From Chrysomallon squamiferum (lineage: Eukaryota > Animalia > Mollusca): a stretch of DNA of 64,000 nt. Positions 32,552-47,560 of the stretch are shown here, in pieces. A program made the translations under genes and the position numbers. Location of the stretch: assembly GCA_012295275.1 (NCBI GenBank), contig CM022672.1, positions 19,096,001 through 19,160,000 on the forward strand. Reading direction: 5' to 3'. Below the pieces are notes generated by a model. The model ran no database searches. It was given only the letters and a program-made list of their open reading frames with translations, and had not been told where the DNA came from. Every line of letters starts with the position of its first letter. Positions within the stretch are counted from its first letter, which is position 1.

Positions 32552-33110
32552 TTCAGTCTAATGAAAAATAAATACACAAAGAACCAAAAACACGCCAACA
32601 CGACAAAAGGATCACGTCTAAGCCTTTATTAAAATGGCGGAACGCACGTGTAAAAATTAGCTGCTAATTAGTTCAGAAACAAGAGCAATTTGTCGAAGCG
32701 GTGGAGCGCGACGGATAAATGAATCCAGATTAAATGTTTAGCTAAGAACGCGAGACAAAACACATTGCACGACACCAGCATTGTCCTCGATGTATCGATC
32801 TCATTATACATTTACAATCTTTCCCACGCTTTTCACTCGTAAAAATATATTATTTCTTCGTAATTTTACCTTTTAATTTTTGCCCTCATTCTCGGATTTT
32901 TTTTCTTCCGTGTGGTGGTTATTCCTTTATGTAATTGTTCTTGTTCTTGTCGTTATTGTTTTTGTTCTTATTCTTTAATAATTTTTTTTTTTTTTTTAAT
33001 GTGCTTATTGTGGTCTTTGTTTTCTAACTTGTGTTATGTGATGTTTTGTTTTCTAACTTGTTTATGGGTTTTTTTTAAAATTATTATTATTATTTTTTAT
33101 TCTTTTCTTT

Positions 33111-33437
33111 ATTGATATTCGTATCCTTGTCATTGTTGATGTTCTTCCATTATCATGTCGTTATTCGTATTTTTTCATTGTCGATATTCGTATTTTTGTT
33201 CCTATTGATATTCGCATTCTTTCATTGTTGATATTCGAATTTTTGTCCCTCTTGATATTCGTATTCCTTTTATAGTTGATATTCGATTCTTGTCATTGTT
33301 GATATTCGTATTCTTGCCACTGTTGATATTCGTATTCTTGTCATTGTTGATATTCGTATTCTTGTCATTGTTGATATTCGATTCTTGTCACTGTTGATAT
33401 TCGTATTCTTGCCATTGTTGATATTCGTATTCTTGTC
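33111..33437. repeat. 24-bp minisatellite GTTGATATTCGTATTCTTGTCATT
   Basis: About 13 imperfect tandem copies; appears as RIRISTMT repeats in the ORF track. Confidence 0.92.
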
Positions 33438-33439
33438 TC

Positions 33440-35100
33440 TCTTTTTAATTTCCATATTCTTCTTTCTTGTTGATATTCATGTTTTTATTGTATTATTCTT
33501 CTTAATTTTTTTCATATTTTTGTTTTTGTTTCTCTTGATATTTTTATTCTTGTATCTCCTGATATTTTATTTTTCTTCTTGTTGATAATTTTGACCTTTA
33601 TTTTGTTTATTTATTATTTATTCTTATTTTTGTTGATATTTCATTCTTGTTTTATTATTCCATTCTTTTCCTCTTTTTTTAATTTTTATCTTTCTTATTG
33701 TTGTTGTTGTTTTGTTTATTTGTATATATATATATATATTGTTGGTTTTGGTTCCTTTTTAACATTTATATTCCATCAGAGTGTCACATGATAATGCTTT
33801 GGTTATGAAGGTAGTTATAAACAATGTGTTATTTAAACCACATCACAAACAATTTATTCAGTTAAACTACAATACCACTGATCTTTATTTCTATACTTCC
33901 TATTGTTCTAGTTATTCTTGTCCGTTCATGTGTTTCTTGGCTACTATCGATGCTATTATTTCTTCTTATTCTCTAACCTGCCGTCTTTTCTTTACCGTTA
34001 ATCGTGTTGTTTTTTTTATAAATACACACGTGTGTATGTGTGTTTGCAATTTTTCACTGTCAGACAAGATCTTGTTGCTATTCTTGATATCTGTTTTCTT
34101 CACTCTTTTGTTATTTTTTTTCCCCCGTTTTGTTCATTTTTTTCTCATTTTTTTCTCATGTTTTTGTGCTTTATTCTTTTGTTGTTCTTCTTTTTCGTTA
34201 TTCTTTTGCAGTTTTTTTTTTTTTTTTTTTTTTGTTCTTTTTTTTTCTTCTGATATCTTCTTCTTGTTGTTATTATTATTTTTGCATTCTTGTTGCAATT
34301 TGTTATTCTAAATTGTTTTTATTTAAGTTTATACCATATTTTCCCCCCTTTTATTAATGTATTTGTTCCGATGATTCTGTACTTGTCAATGCTCCGTTCT
34401 TATTCTTACTGTTTCTGTAACTTATCATTCTTATCTTTGTTCTCGTAAATGTATCCATGTTCGTATTCTTGAGACTGTTGTTGTTCGAATTCTTTTTATC
34501 CTTGTCCTTGACTTCGTTCTTTATTGTTCCTGTTCCTGTTCCTGTTCTTCATGTTCTAATTCGCATGCTTCCTGTTTTCATTCTTGATCTGGTTGTTATA
34601 CATAATTTTTTTTTTTTTTTTGTTGTTCTTTTGTTTTTCTTATTTCGTGTTCTTTTTATTTTTGTTCTTCAGTTTGTTCTTTCACGTTCTTGTTCTTTTT
34701 ATTTTTGTCATTCCTGTTCTGCTTCTTGTCTTTGTTCTTTTTTGTGTTCATGCGGTTTTCGTTTTTGTTCTACTAATTGTGCTTATTCTTGTCTTTACTT
34801 TTGTTTTTCTTGTTCTTATCCTTTCACCTTTCTTATTTTCTGATCTTCTTTTTGTTTTTCCTCTTTGTATTCTAGTTCTTCTCCTTGTCAGTTTCTTTCT
34901 GTTGTTCTTACATTTGTATATTATTTACCTATTGTCCATAATGTTGTCTTTATTGTTCTCTTGTTCCTATCCTTTCGCCTTTGTTATTGTTTATGCTCTT
35001 CTTATTGTTTTTCCTTTTTATGTTCTAGTTGTTCTTATTTTTGTATTTCTTCTTTTTCATTTCTTCTTTTCTTATTTTTTCTTTCTTTTTTTTTTTTTTT
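33440..35100. repeat. Degenerate T-rich (TTCTTG/TTGTTC)n low-complexity tract
   Basis: Strong T skew with recurring ttcttg and ttgttc words. Confidence 0.7.
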
Positions 35101-35460
35101 TTGCATTAAAAAACCAACAACAACAACAACAAAAAATAATCATAAAAAATAATAATAATAACAATAAATAAATAAACAAACAAATAAATAAAATCTTTGA
35201 AACTGCGATAAAAAAAAAAAAAAAAAAAAAATTAAAACAAAAATAGCAAGTCTGCTACACTCCATAGTGGCTGCGTCTCATCTGTTTCCGTCTGCTACCT
35301 GTTTTCGCAAGAGCCCGATTAATTTCCACATTTGTCAATCGAACAGCGGCCAAGGACATGCTGTTTCCATTTAGCCGGGATGCTGGCTAAAACTTCTGCG
35401 ATAAGGTTAAGGAATCTGAAGCAAACTTATCACGTTATTTATAACCCTTTGCCTTGGGCC

Positions 35461-35510
<50 letters not shown>

Positions 35511-35894
35511 GCACGCATAGCTGTTTAATAATTTGCATTGGCTTCCGCTACAAAACTCATAACATTTAACACTGTTTTTAAAACTAGTTAGTAAGTTATG
35601 TGCTGACATTCCTGACCAGTGAATTAAAATTTTGTAAAGCAATATGTTTTATTACGCGTCATAGCTTCTGAAACGTGCACACCGAAGTAACGCGTGAATA
35701 GGATATTATTAAGTAATGCGTGAATAATAGGATTATTCAAAAGTAACGTGTTGAAACAATTTGTATTATTATTATTATTATTATTATTATTGTTGTTGTT
35801 GTTGTTGTTGTTACTGTCACTGTTATTATTGTTATAATTACTATTATTATTATTGTTATTATTATTAATGATCGTATAATATATATATACATAT

Positions 35895-35925
<31 letters not shown>

Positions 35926-37958
35926 TAGATATATGTGTGTGTATATATATATATTACTATAAATTAATTATAAAAAGACAAATAAATTTAAAAAATAATA
36001 ATAATAATAATAATAAATCTTTTTAAAAAAACAAGAACAAATAAAGAAGAAAGGATTAAAAATATGTAAACAAATTAATTAATTAATTAAATCACTATAT
36101 ATTTCAAACTAGTGTGTACATTGATGTTGTTTCAAAATATAAACAAATTTTCAAAAATTGTTGTTATAATAAATATTGTATCAACTCAAGAGAGTAAAGA
36201 TTTGACCATTTAAAAAAAAAAATTAATACAAAATAATAATAAGAAAAATAAAATGTTGATGATGATGAAGATGTTGATGTTGATGATAAGAACAGCAGGG
36301 CTGATGATGACAATGATTATTTCGACAATAATGATGACGTCAGATTATGAAAAAGATCATCAAATCTCAAATTTAAATTCAAAATCCTTAAATATGACAA
36401 TTCTAACATGAATGACTGTAATTTTTTCATTCTGAAAATTAGTAAAATATCCGTTTTATAACATTCGTTTTAACTTACACGAAACGATGTTTAAATCACA
36501 TTTTTGCAAGTTCTGTATAAAACTGCATATTTTAACCTACGTAGTATATATTTTTTTCAAAATATTACGCGAAACTCGTATTAACGTTACATTTTACTGT
36601 TTATTTTATTTCACACATTTCACAGTATCACTAGAAACAGTCACTAGATATGATTGATTATGTTACATTTAATCTTTTGTTATTATAATTTGCTTTAAAG
36701 CATTTAAAAGTATCAGTAGAAACAATGAACTGACATCTTCATCACTATTAAAATTACTTTTTGCTTAAAGTGATTATTAACTTTTTTTTTATGTTTTAAA
36801 ATGAATCATTTTTAACATGATTATAATACTTCTGTTCATTTAATTTTAATTTTTTTTTTTAATTTTTTTTTTTTAATTTTTTAAATTATTTATTTATTTA
36901 TTTATTTATGTATTTTATTTTATTTTATTTTTGTTTTGTTAATATAATTCTGCTCTGTGGGTGGTATTTCATGTCACACAGAGGAACAACTACGACACAA
37001 CTGAACCATTCTAAGCCTGCTGGATTTGGTTTCAAATATATGCATTATACAGCATGCAAAAATATTATATTTCCATTTAATATTGCATAATTGATTAATA
37101 TATTTGATCTGCGTTGATACTGAATGTTAATATCAGAATTCGTTATAATTAATTTAGTAGCAGTTCATGTAAATTGCTGAAGATATTTTATTACAACAAC
37201 AGTATATTTTCTGAAATTACATAGAGTCCAGTATTGCATTACTCATTAATATGTTTGAATTTAATCCTGAGGTTTTGTTTATGTAAATCAAAAATGTATT
37301 ATTATTTACGTTAATTATGAATATATTTTCATTTATCTTAATCAGAAATGTATTTTTATTTACCTTGATCAAAATTTTACTTTTATTTACCTTGATAAAA
37401 AAAATGTGTCATTGTCTATTTTAATTGAATTTATTAGCTTCCAATTTACCTTTCATTACCTTTTAATAATAATAAAACTTATTTTTATTCTGTTTATCAC
37501 CATTATTCTTCAATTTATTGACTTGACTAGTTATTGTATATTAATATTAATAGATTAGCATAGTGCATTGTGTTTTAATTATAATTATCGTTATCATAGG
37601 TAATTTGAATCACAATGAATATTATAAAAAAAAAAATTGATTATGTTATTATTACAATTAATTTTGAATGATTTTATTAAAATGATATTTAATTATATTT
37701 AGTTTTATTAATATTACATTTTATTTTAATTAATTTTATCAAAAATTAATAATATTTTAATTTTAATGTATTTCATAAAATTATTGTTGACTTTATTTAT
37801 TTCATTATCAGTTTTATTGTTATCACATATAATTGAAATTATTTTTTCTATTAAAATCAGAATTTACTTTTCAGAATATTCAAAAATATAAATAAAAAAT
37901 ATATATAATAATTATCAGGTTATTTATTAGTTTTATATATTAATTTGTATGAACCTAC

Positions 37959-37991
<33 letters not shown>

Positions 37992-38506
37992 TGTATGTAT
38001 GTATGTATGTATATATGTATGCATCTATGCATATATGTATGTATGTATGTATCTATGCATATATGTATGTATGTGTGTATGTTAATTTCTATGAGTTAAT
38101 AGTTATTCATATACTTGGTATTTATGTGAAGTAAATAAAATATTTATCGATTAATACACATTTCGTAAAACGATAATGTTTAATTATTTAAGACGGATTC
38201 CTATACATATAAAATTACGTTTTCTAGACATTAATTTCTCCCCTTTTTTGCCATCTTTTTTTTATCTAGATTTTTAATTTTTAATATTTTCCGTTATTCT
38301 ATTTTTTTATTTTTTATTTTATTTTATTTTATTTTTTATTTTTTAAAATATATTATTAAATTATTTCTAAATGCATTTCTCTTATTAAATGAATTATGAA
38401 TACAATTTTCTATTTTAATATACTGGTGGTCTTTGGCAGGCTTTGTGGAGTTAGGTGTGATTGTTAGAGCTTTTGTTTGCCGCTGTTGTTGTTGTTGTTG
38501 TTGTTG

Positions 38507-38550
<44 letters not shown>

Positions 38551-38824
38551 TTTCATTATTATTATTATTATTACATAATTATCATTATTATCATTATTAT
38601 ACCATAATCATCATCATCATCATCACTATCAATGAAGTTCTTTTTTCTATTTTTTTATATTCAAGCAATAAAAGTTAATATTACAGTTTGACACACTATA
38701 TATATATATATAATAGTCTTTTTATCTGTATTTCATCAAACATTATGAACATACATACTAACGTACTTATCTATTTATATGTCTGACTGTGTTTGTATGA
38801 ATATATATAACTATACTATTCTTA

Positions 38825-39270
38825 TTAATATCTAGAATGTTTTATTCATATTTAAAATAATCTACCTTCAGTTGTCCAAAATATTCTTCTTGCATCTAAA
38901 ATATTTTACTTTCATATATCTAAAATATTCTACTCATATATAAATTATTCAACTTTCATATATCGAACACAAATTCTATTTTTTTATAGCTATCTAAAAT
39001 GTTCTACTCATATTTAAAATATTCTGCTTCCATATATCTAAAAAAAAAACATTCTACTTGTATCTAAAATATTCTACTTACGTGAGTGTGTGTGTGTGTA
39101 TGTGTGTGTGTGTTATCCTCATATCTAAAGTATTTTATTTTCATATATTTGAAATATTCTACTTTTATATATCTAAAAAAATTCTACTTTGAAGTTTTCT
39201 ATTTAGTCTAAAATCAGCTGCTCTAGATATCTATAAAATATTCTGTTTGTGTATCTAAAATGTTCTACAA
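38825..39270. repeat. Degenerate minisatellite with core ATATCTAAAATATTCTACT
   Basis: More than 10 imperfect copies of the core with variable spacing. Confidence 0.8.
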
Positions 39271-39492
39271 GGAGAAAAGTAACAAAAAAAAAAAATAATA
39301 ATAATAAATAAATAAATAAATATTAAGAAAGAATGAGATATATTAAATATTTATTAAGACGTTTTGCTGACGTCGACAGAATTTGTAAACGCGTTTTTGT
39401 TACAGTTGCAATTTGATAACTCAATACTTGCATGTCTCGAGTAATTCTAATAATATGTCAGATCACTTTTATAATTATATTTGTTACATTAT

Positions 39493-39526
<34 letters not shown>

Positions 39527-39917
39527 CTTCTATATGAATGTTAATGGGATAAAGACATTTGTTTTGCAAGAAGGGTTTTTCAGTGAAGATTAAATAGTTT
39601 TATATAATAAATAAATAATAGGAACAGTTACTGTTATATTAATAATAATAAGAAGAAGAGTTAAAAACAATAGCAAGAACAAGAATAATATAATAATGAT
39701 AATGAAGATGATGATGACGACGACAACAACAACAACAACAACAACAACAACAGTAATAATATAATATAATATAATATAATATAATAAATATTATTATCAA
39801 GAATTATAAATGCTAACACAATACTAGGATGAATCCGTCGATTTTTTTTTTTCATTTATAAAAATATTTTAACTATTAGGGATTTAAAAAAAAAAAAAAT
39901 TAACTTTTGTTTTGTTT

Positions 39918-39952
<35 letters not shown>

Positions 39953-40407
39953 CTATGTGTATGTATATATATATATATATCACGCAAAAATAATATATCC
40001 GGCTAAATGACTATTTTATTTTATGATTATGAAGTTGTAGTGAGCGACCAGTTTAAAATTCTGTTAAATTATCTTTGGAAGTAACCCTACACTGCATTAA
40101 CAAATCTTTTCATTAGCGGCGAGTGCTTGCATGTAATACACCTGTGTTTAGTTAATCCCTTTGAGATGGAGCAATGAAACTGATTCAGTGAGTGGGTTAA
40201 AACTACGCGAAAAGTCTCGAGTTTTTCCCCTCCTTTTGTCGAGAGCAGATTATTTGAAATAGCGTGTTTCACTTGCTTAAAGGCTTAATTAATGGTTTTA
40301 TTTTTTTACATTTTTATTTTTTTTGTTATTACTATTTTTTTAATTATACTTTTAATTTTTTTTAAATTCAAAAATTTAATGGGGTTTTTTTTATAGGATT
40401 TATTATT

Positions 40408-40473
<66 letters not shown>

Positions 40474-40667
40474 GTTGTTGTTGTTGTTGTTATTATTTGT
40501 TCTGTTTTTATTTTTATTTATTTATTATTGTTATCTTGTTTATTATTTGTATATATATAACAAAAATGTGTTTAATTTACTTTTAAAATTATATTATTTA
40601 TTTTGCAAAATATATACACATATAATACACACATACATACAGACATACGTACATACACACAACAGAC

Positions 40668-40710
<43 letters not shown>

Positions 40711-40952
40711 TGTATGTAAAAGTATATATATATATTATAAAATCAGAAGAATAATTAAAAAGAAAATTATATTTCATTTAAATTATTTTATTTTTGCATT
40801 TTATTCTATTTTTTAAATCCAGTATTTCATTTTTAACGATTCTTGTTTTTTTATTGTGTAAAACCTATTAAAATATTTAAGATTATATAATATATTTATT
40901 TATTATATATATGACGTTAATATATTATATAGTTATATTTATTATATATATT

Positions 40953-41004
<52 letters not shown>

Positions 41005-41268
41005 TCATTTATTTTATTGTGACCTTTTCATTATTTTTTAAAACTTATTTTTTTTCCCCCTGACGTTAATATTTTTATCTATTTTTACAAAATATCTACA
41101 AAATAAACTGTCTTCATATCCTATATATTTTTTTACAGTTACAACTTTCATCAGTATTTAGTTATGTAATTTATTACTTGACGCAATTCGCCGAATGTTT
41201 TGTTAAAAATGAAATATTGAATACAGACATCAGAATAAATAAAACTGCATGGATGGGTTCAACGCATT

Positions 41269-41470
41269 AAGTCATGAAAGTGTAATATTTCTTAAAAAAA
41301 ATAAAATAAAATAAAAATAAAAAAAAGGAAGAAAGGAAAAATGCAACACAAAACAACTGGCAGTATAAATATTACTAACATAAAGTCATGAAGGTGTAAT
41401 ATTGTTTACACACAAAAAGAAAAAAGAAAAGGAAAAATGCAACACAAAACAGTATAAATATTACTAACAT
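41269..41470. repeat. Tandem duplication (about 90-115 bp) near the Msx intron 5' end
   Basis: aagtcatgaa.gtgtaatatt...ggaaaaatgcaacacaaaac...agtataaatattactaacat present twice. Confidence 0.85.
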
Positions 41471-41567
41471 GCATACTTTTTTTAGAAATTTAAATTCTAA
41501 AGCTGATGATTATATTAATATATATATTTAAACGGTTATCATAATAACTTATTCTATGGGTACCTAC

Positions 41568-42237
41568 TTGAAGTGGGCGGAAGCCCATGTCCCACGGAAA
41601 CAGACCACGGATGCCCCGGATGGGAGTTGCCGGTACCCACCCATTTGGAATCTCCCGGGCCGTAGTGTATGGTGGCGGGTAGATTTTCCCCTAGGGACTG
41701 CCTCTGGACCGAGGTCAGGCCCAAAATGTCGGACACGCTGAAAGCGGTGTGGCTGTTGGCGCCAGGTGCGGGTGACAGCGTCTGCGATGTGGGCGATGAT
41801 AACGACGACGTTGACGAAGACGCACAGTCGTCGTCACTCGGCGCTCCGTTATCGCACAGTCTGTCACTTGGCGAGTGTGCAGAAGTTCGCTCCGAGCCGC
41901 TGTCTGCTATGAGCGACTCGACGCTGAAAGACAGTCTTATCCTCGTGCCAGCGCTCGCCTGCGAGGAATTCTCCAAATTAGTCCGGCTCTGCGAAGAGCT
42001 CTTGCCTTGGGATTTCTGCTGGGAAGGTAAAACGTCACCGGCCTGCGGGCCCACAACGGGTACGTCATTTCTGCACTTCGGCTGGGAGTCTTCCACGGGT
42101 GCTGCTTTACTCGCCGAATAATCTAAGCACTTCTTCTCCCCGTTGCACAGCACAGACGAATTCTGGATCTTGGTGAACGCGGAGTTAGCGTTCGTTTGGA
42201 AAAGCGGGGAAGCCCCATCCGGCGCGTGGTTAACCAT
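41568..42237 (-). CDS. Msx: Msx coding exon 1 (N-terminal region with two eh1-like motifs)
   Basis: GC-rich ORF; first in-frame ATG (gcgATGG) at 42237 after an upstream in-frame TGA. Contains FSVESLI and FSVSDIL. Donor TCAA|GTAGGT (GT at 41567-41566) is phase 1 and matches the phase-1 acceptor of exon 2; joined CDS is 670+419=1089 nt, 362 aa. Confidence 0.9.
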
Positions 42238-42299
42238 CGCTCTCCGATGCACTGGTTGCCACAGCGTTCTATCACTGACACCAGTCCTGCCATCTGACA

Positions 42300-43100
42300 G
42301 GCGATCCTTTCATATGTCTGTTATTCAATGACCACGTTTCGTGTAATGGGAAGTGACGTCACCGGCTCCTCGCGCGAAGAAGGCAGACATATTGTCTTTC
42401 TCTGTCCAATGAAATTTTCTTCCTGTCACTCAAGCAGCGGACAAACTATCCAATAATTGTTGACAAGCTCGGTAATAACGGAATGATAGACTTGGCAGCC
42501 GCGCTTATTAACCTATCATTGTACCACTGTCGACACAGCCCCTATTAAGAGATATTCAAATGAGATGGGCAAATGTTTTAACCGACCATAAATTAATGGC
42601 AGTAATGCCCAGTTCATTTAAATGTAAACAATAGCGAAGAACTGGGAATAATATTCGTTTGAGAGCCGTTGTTTATCATAAACGACATTAAAATTAGTGA
42701 AGCAAAAAATCGCCCTGTCGGTGGTTGAAGTGTTTAGTGACGGCTTCGCAGCGGGCTGGCGGGAATGTTGGCCTCACTTTGTCCAGCCGAGGCAAAACAT
42801 TAGGTGCAAACGTCGAGGCTCACTGCGTTGTTGCAATGTGCGGAAGCCGGGTACTGGCGGTTCACCGTCAACGTCGGCAAAGCTCCGTACTGTGAAATGG
42901 CTGGAACAGGACTTTAATCGAGTTTGTATTCAAATTGTCGCCGCAGCAAAACACTTTAGTGTTTTTCTCGTCGTTATGAGCTGGTAGACTTTCGGAGACG
43001 CGCTATTATCGTCTTCAGTCCCGTTCACCACGATTATTTATCACATTATGGGAAATTTACCACGCGTGAAATATGTGGTCTTTTTTCTTCTTTTTTTTTA
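42300..43100 (-). promoter_or_regulatory. Probable Msx proximal promoter / 5' region
   Basis: CpG-rich, repeat-free sequence directly upstream of the ATG; palindromic CRE TGACGTCA at 42354-42361; CCAAT boxes near 42406 and 42450. TSS not determinable. Confidence 0.6.
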
Positions 43101-44018
43101 TATATACGCGACGCACCATGCGGACATAGAGAGTCGAGATTTTTTTTTTTAATTTATTTATTTATATTTTTTTTTTATTCTTTTTTTTTTTTTTTTACGC
43201 GAAAAAACATTATGAGTAAGTCCTGAAATAATAATGAAGCGAACAAGTTAATGTTTCACCCTCCCTGCTGCGAGTGGACTAATAACGAACTCATCTCTAT
43301 GAAAAGATGGGACACTTCGAATTTTATTACTTTACAAACGCCGAGAGCCGTGTAACGCGTTCGACGCCCGTTTGCCGAGACGCGAGGGTCGTTTAATGGT
43401 GAATTTGGGGGACAAAACGGCGGAGAAATGAGCCGCACACATTTACATGTATCGAGTAAAAACGTCCTAGCAATGTTGTGGTGATTTTCTAGTACAATGC
43501 CCGAGAAGAAAGAACGGGGGATAAAATTACCGAAAATCTTAATTGCTTCTTTATTCACTGTACAGCGACGTTCTTTGAAATGTTTGATTAAAGCACTTTG
43601 ATCTCCGTAGGATACGGCTTGCGATCGATATATTTAATATTTAATGGGGCGTCAGAATTTGTGTAAATCCTTTAATAGTCTCTTCTTTGTAATGTTTAAT
43701 ATAAAAATATACTTTTTTTTTTTTTTTTTTTATTTTACATAAAATACTGGGAGTTAGTGAAAGAAAGAAGGAAAAAAATAATGTGAACCTGATAACCTGG
43801 ATGTTGCTTTGTTGAACAAGAGCGGAGTTGTAAAGGAACGCATAACCGCAACTACAGGTGTTTCTAAATTAATTCTACGTGAACGTTTTAATAGCCTGCT
43901 TCAAATGTTGTTATTTATTTTATGTTACCTTCAGAAAGTGGCGTTTTCATTGTAGTTTATAACTCTGACGTACATATATTTACAGCACACGAAAATAACC
44001 CACATATAAATGAACATG

Positions 44019-44704
<686 letters not shown>

Positions 44705-45281
44705 CGGATTTGAACGTGCTGTGGATAAACCTGAGGTTTCTGTGCGTGCGTCATAAAATAATTTTTTAACAAAAACCTTTATGAATAATTCATAATTTTA
44801 TTATTTTTCATTCGAGATCATTCCCATCACCGTTGTTACAATAACTAACATTACTGAACGGTCTATATATATATATCATAGCCGTTTTATTTTATTTCAC
44901 AGCTTTATTTCTGTTTTATGCATTTACTCATATATTTACATTTTAAATTTATTTTAATATATTTACTATAACAATTTTACTATTAGTTCTACTATTTCTA
45001 CTGCCACTATTTCATTTTTATTATTTTATTTATGCATTCATTCATTATTCATTATTGCTATTACTGCTAATACTAATACTAATACTAATAATATCACCAT
45101 CACCACTATTATTAACAAATATTACCATTTTAATTTCTTTATTTACTTACGTATTTATTTATTTATTTATTTACTTATTTATTAATACTACTGCTGCTAC
45201 CACTATTACTACTAGTATATTCTTGTTCGTATTGTTTTTTTGTTTTGTTATCTATTTCTTACTTTTATCCTTTTATGTTAC

Positions 45282-45363
45282 ATAAATTATTTATTTATTT
45301 ATTTATTTATCTAGCAATGTGTCTATTAAAATATTTTTAAAACTTAAATTATTTTCTTTCTTT

Positions 45364-45394
<31 letters not shown>

Positions 45395-45467
45395 TCTAGC
45401 AATGTGTCTATAAAAATCTTTTTAAAATTTTTAAATCCTGTTCATATTTCTTTCTTTTTAGCAACAC

Positions 45468-45500
<33 letters not shown>

Positions 45501-45572
45501 CTAGCAATGTGTCTATTAAAATCTTTTTAAAAACTTTAAATCCTGTCCATATTTCTTTCTTTTTAGCAACAC

Positions 45573-45605
<33 letters not shown>

Positions 45606-45673
45606 CTAGCAATGTGTCTATTAAAATCTTTTTAAAAACTTTAAATCCTGTCCATATTTCTTTCTTTTTAGCA
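45282..45673. repeat. 105-bp tandem repeat (about 3.5 copies) containing (TTTA)n
   Basis: TCTAGCAATGTGTCTA recurs at about 45310, 45395, 45500 and 45605. Confidence 0.92.
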
Positions 45674-46372
45674 CGAACAAGCGGTGAAATTTATGTCCGG
45701 GGATGTTTGAAATACTCATCAAATACCGCTTTGTTTTCCGCAGTCGACGGAGGCGCCACCAAGTTTTCTGAGCCGGCAAAAACGTCCGCCTCCAGAAGAC
45801 TGTATCGTCGAACAAGTCGTGTTGGTGACGTCTCCAGTTTCATTTGTCACCTATCCAACATTTAATTTGCCGTTAAAGAAGAGCAGCAGACCCGGTCGAT
45901 ACACGCAGAAAAATCCCCAGTTCTGGCCCAGCCGAAGAAGCCGCGTTTGAGGAAGGGAGACCACTCTACGCGTTTCTCGTTCAGTTTAATACAGTACCCG
46001 CTTGCTGTCGCCAGTGGTAACTTCTGCGTGTATCGGATTGCCGTTGTACAATATTTCTCTTCTGTTTGGGATATCAGCGTTTAACCTTCATAAATTACTG
46101 TTTACCGTGGGTGACAAATCGTTTTCTTTGATCATCTGCCAGGGGAGGTAACACGATATCACAGGTAGAAGCAATTTGCGGGCTCCGCGCTGTCGCGCCT
46201 GCGACTCGCCAAGGTGTAGAAATGTTAGAAAACAAGCTGACTTCTCGGCTTTACAGGCCTTGAAAAACTGACGCAGAAACTGAGACACTGAAGGCACTGA
46301 ATGGGTTGAAATTTTTTAAATTGTGAAAAGGAAATAAAATAATTTATTTAATTGTCAAGCATATGTATGCAC

Positions 46373-46454
<82 letters not shown>

Positions 46455-47169
46455 ATGTGAATTTTTTTTTTTAAATCATCGATTGGTATTAATTTTATAC
46501 GACAATGAATAATACTTGTAAAAAAAAAAAAAAACATTATTTTGTTATTATTATAATTTTATATATAAAATAATAATAATACTAAAAAAAAAAAATGTTT
46601 TAAATTACCATGTACATTTAAAAGTAATACCATATGATTAATATGATTTAAAAAAAAAAAAAAAAAAAAGAAAGAAATACTTTTACGGTAAACCAGCCTC
46701 GTTCTCGAGAAGGCCTCTGGGGCGAGAGTAGACCGAGAGACAACGAGATTGATGTCGTGAGCGGAAACACGAGACGATATGTCAGACAAGTAACCTATAT
46801 AGCAATGTCACAGGGGATTTCTAAATTTGCTTTTTAGACAAAAGGTTATAAATCAATAAACGAAACCAATTAAAGCGACGCCGAACTATATTTCTTCCAT
46901 TGTTGAGAAGTGTCAACTGAATTTGTGGTTAGTCCCAAATTAACGACAACAAATAAGGTGGATTTTACGATCTGTTTCGAATAATAAGATCTTTAACATC
47001 GACAAATATTTCTTTTACTTTGAAACGGGACTTATTATAAAAGCTTCATATACAAGCTTCATAAACAGAACAAAAAAAAAAATTCCATTTATTTCATACT
47101 GATATTTGCATTAAAAATAAATAAGTAAATAAATAATTGTACCGTAATACAACTTTAGGAAAGTTTATA

Positions 47170-47292
47170 TGAATGTGTGTGTGGGTGTGTACAAATACAC
47201 AAACATGTATACATACAAACGCAAACACGTACTCACAGATGTACACAATACATACATATACACCCATACATACATGCGCATACATACATACG

Positions 47293-47329
<37 letters not shown>

Positions 47330-47440
47330 ATATATATGTATGTATGTGTGTGTGTATGTATATGTGTGTGTGTATACGTATGTATACATATATATATACA
47401 TGTGTGTGTGTGTATATATATGTATGTGTGTGTGTGTGTA

Positions 47441-47497
<57 letters not shown>

Positions 47498-47560
47498 GTA
47501 TATATGTATGTATTGTGTATATCTATATATGTGTGTATGTATGTATGTATTGTGTATGAA
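47170..47560. repeat. Compound (AT)/(GT)/(ATGT)n microsatellite tract
   Basis: Directly visible; similar tracts at about 2440-2660, 4755-4930, 15865-16245, 24360-24715, 25440-25725 and 37960-38080. Confidence 0.93.

Noticed and set aside
41669-42121. 150-aa antisense ORF over Msx exon 1
   Set aside because: Expected shadow frame of a GC-rich coding exon; no recognisable homology. Antisense RNA cannot be judged from sequence.
42238-42252. GTG start for Msx exon 1 from the ORF track
   Set aside because: An ATG in good Kozak context lies 15 nt downstream at 42237.
45404-45865. 153-aa ORF with 35-aa repeats
   Set aside because: Product of the 105-bp tandem repeat running into a non-coding island; non-ATG start.
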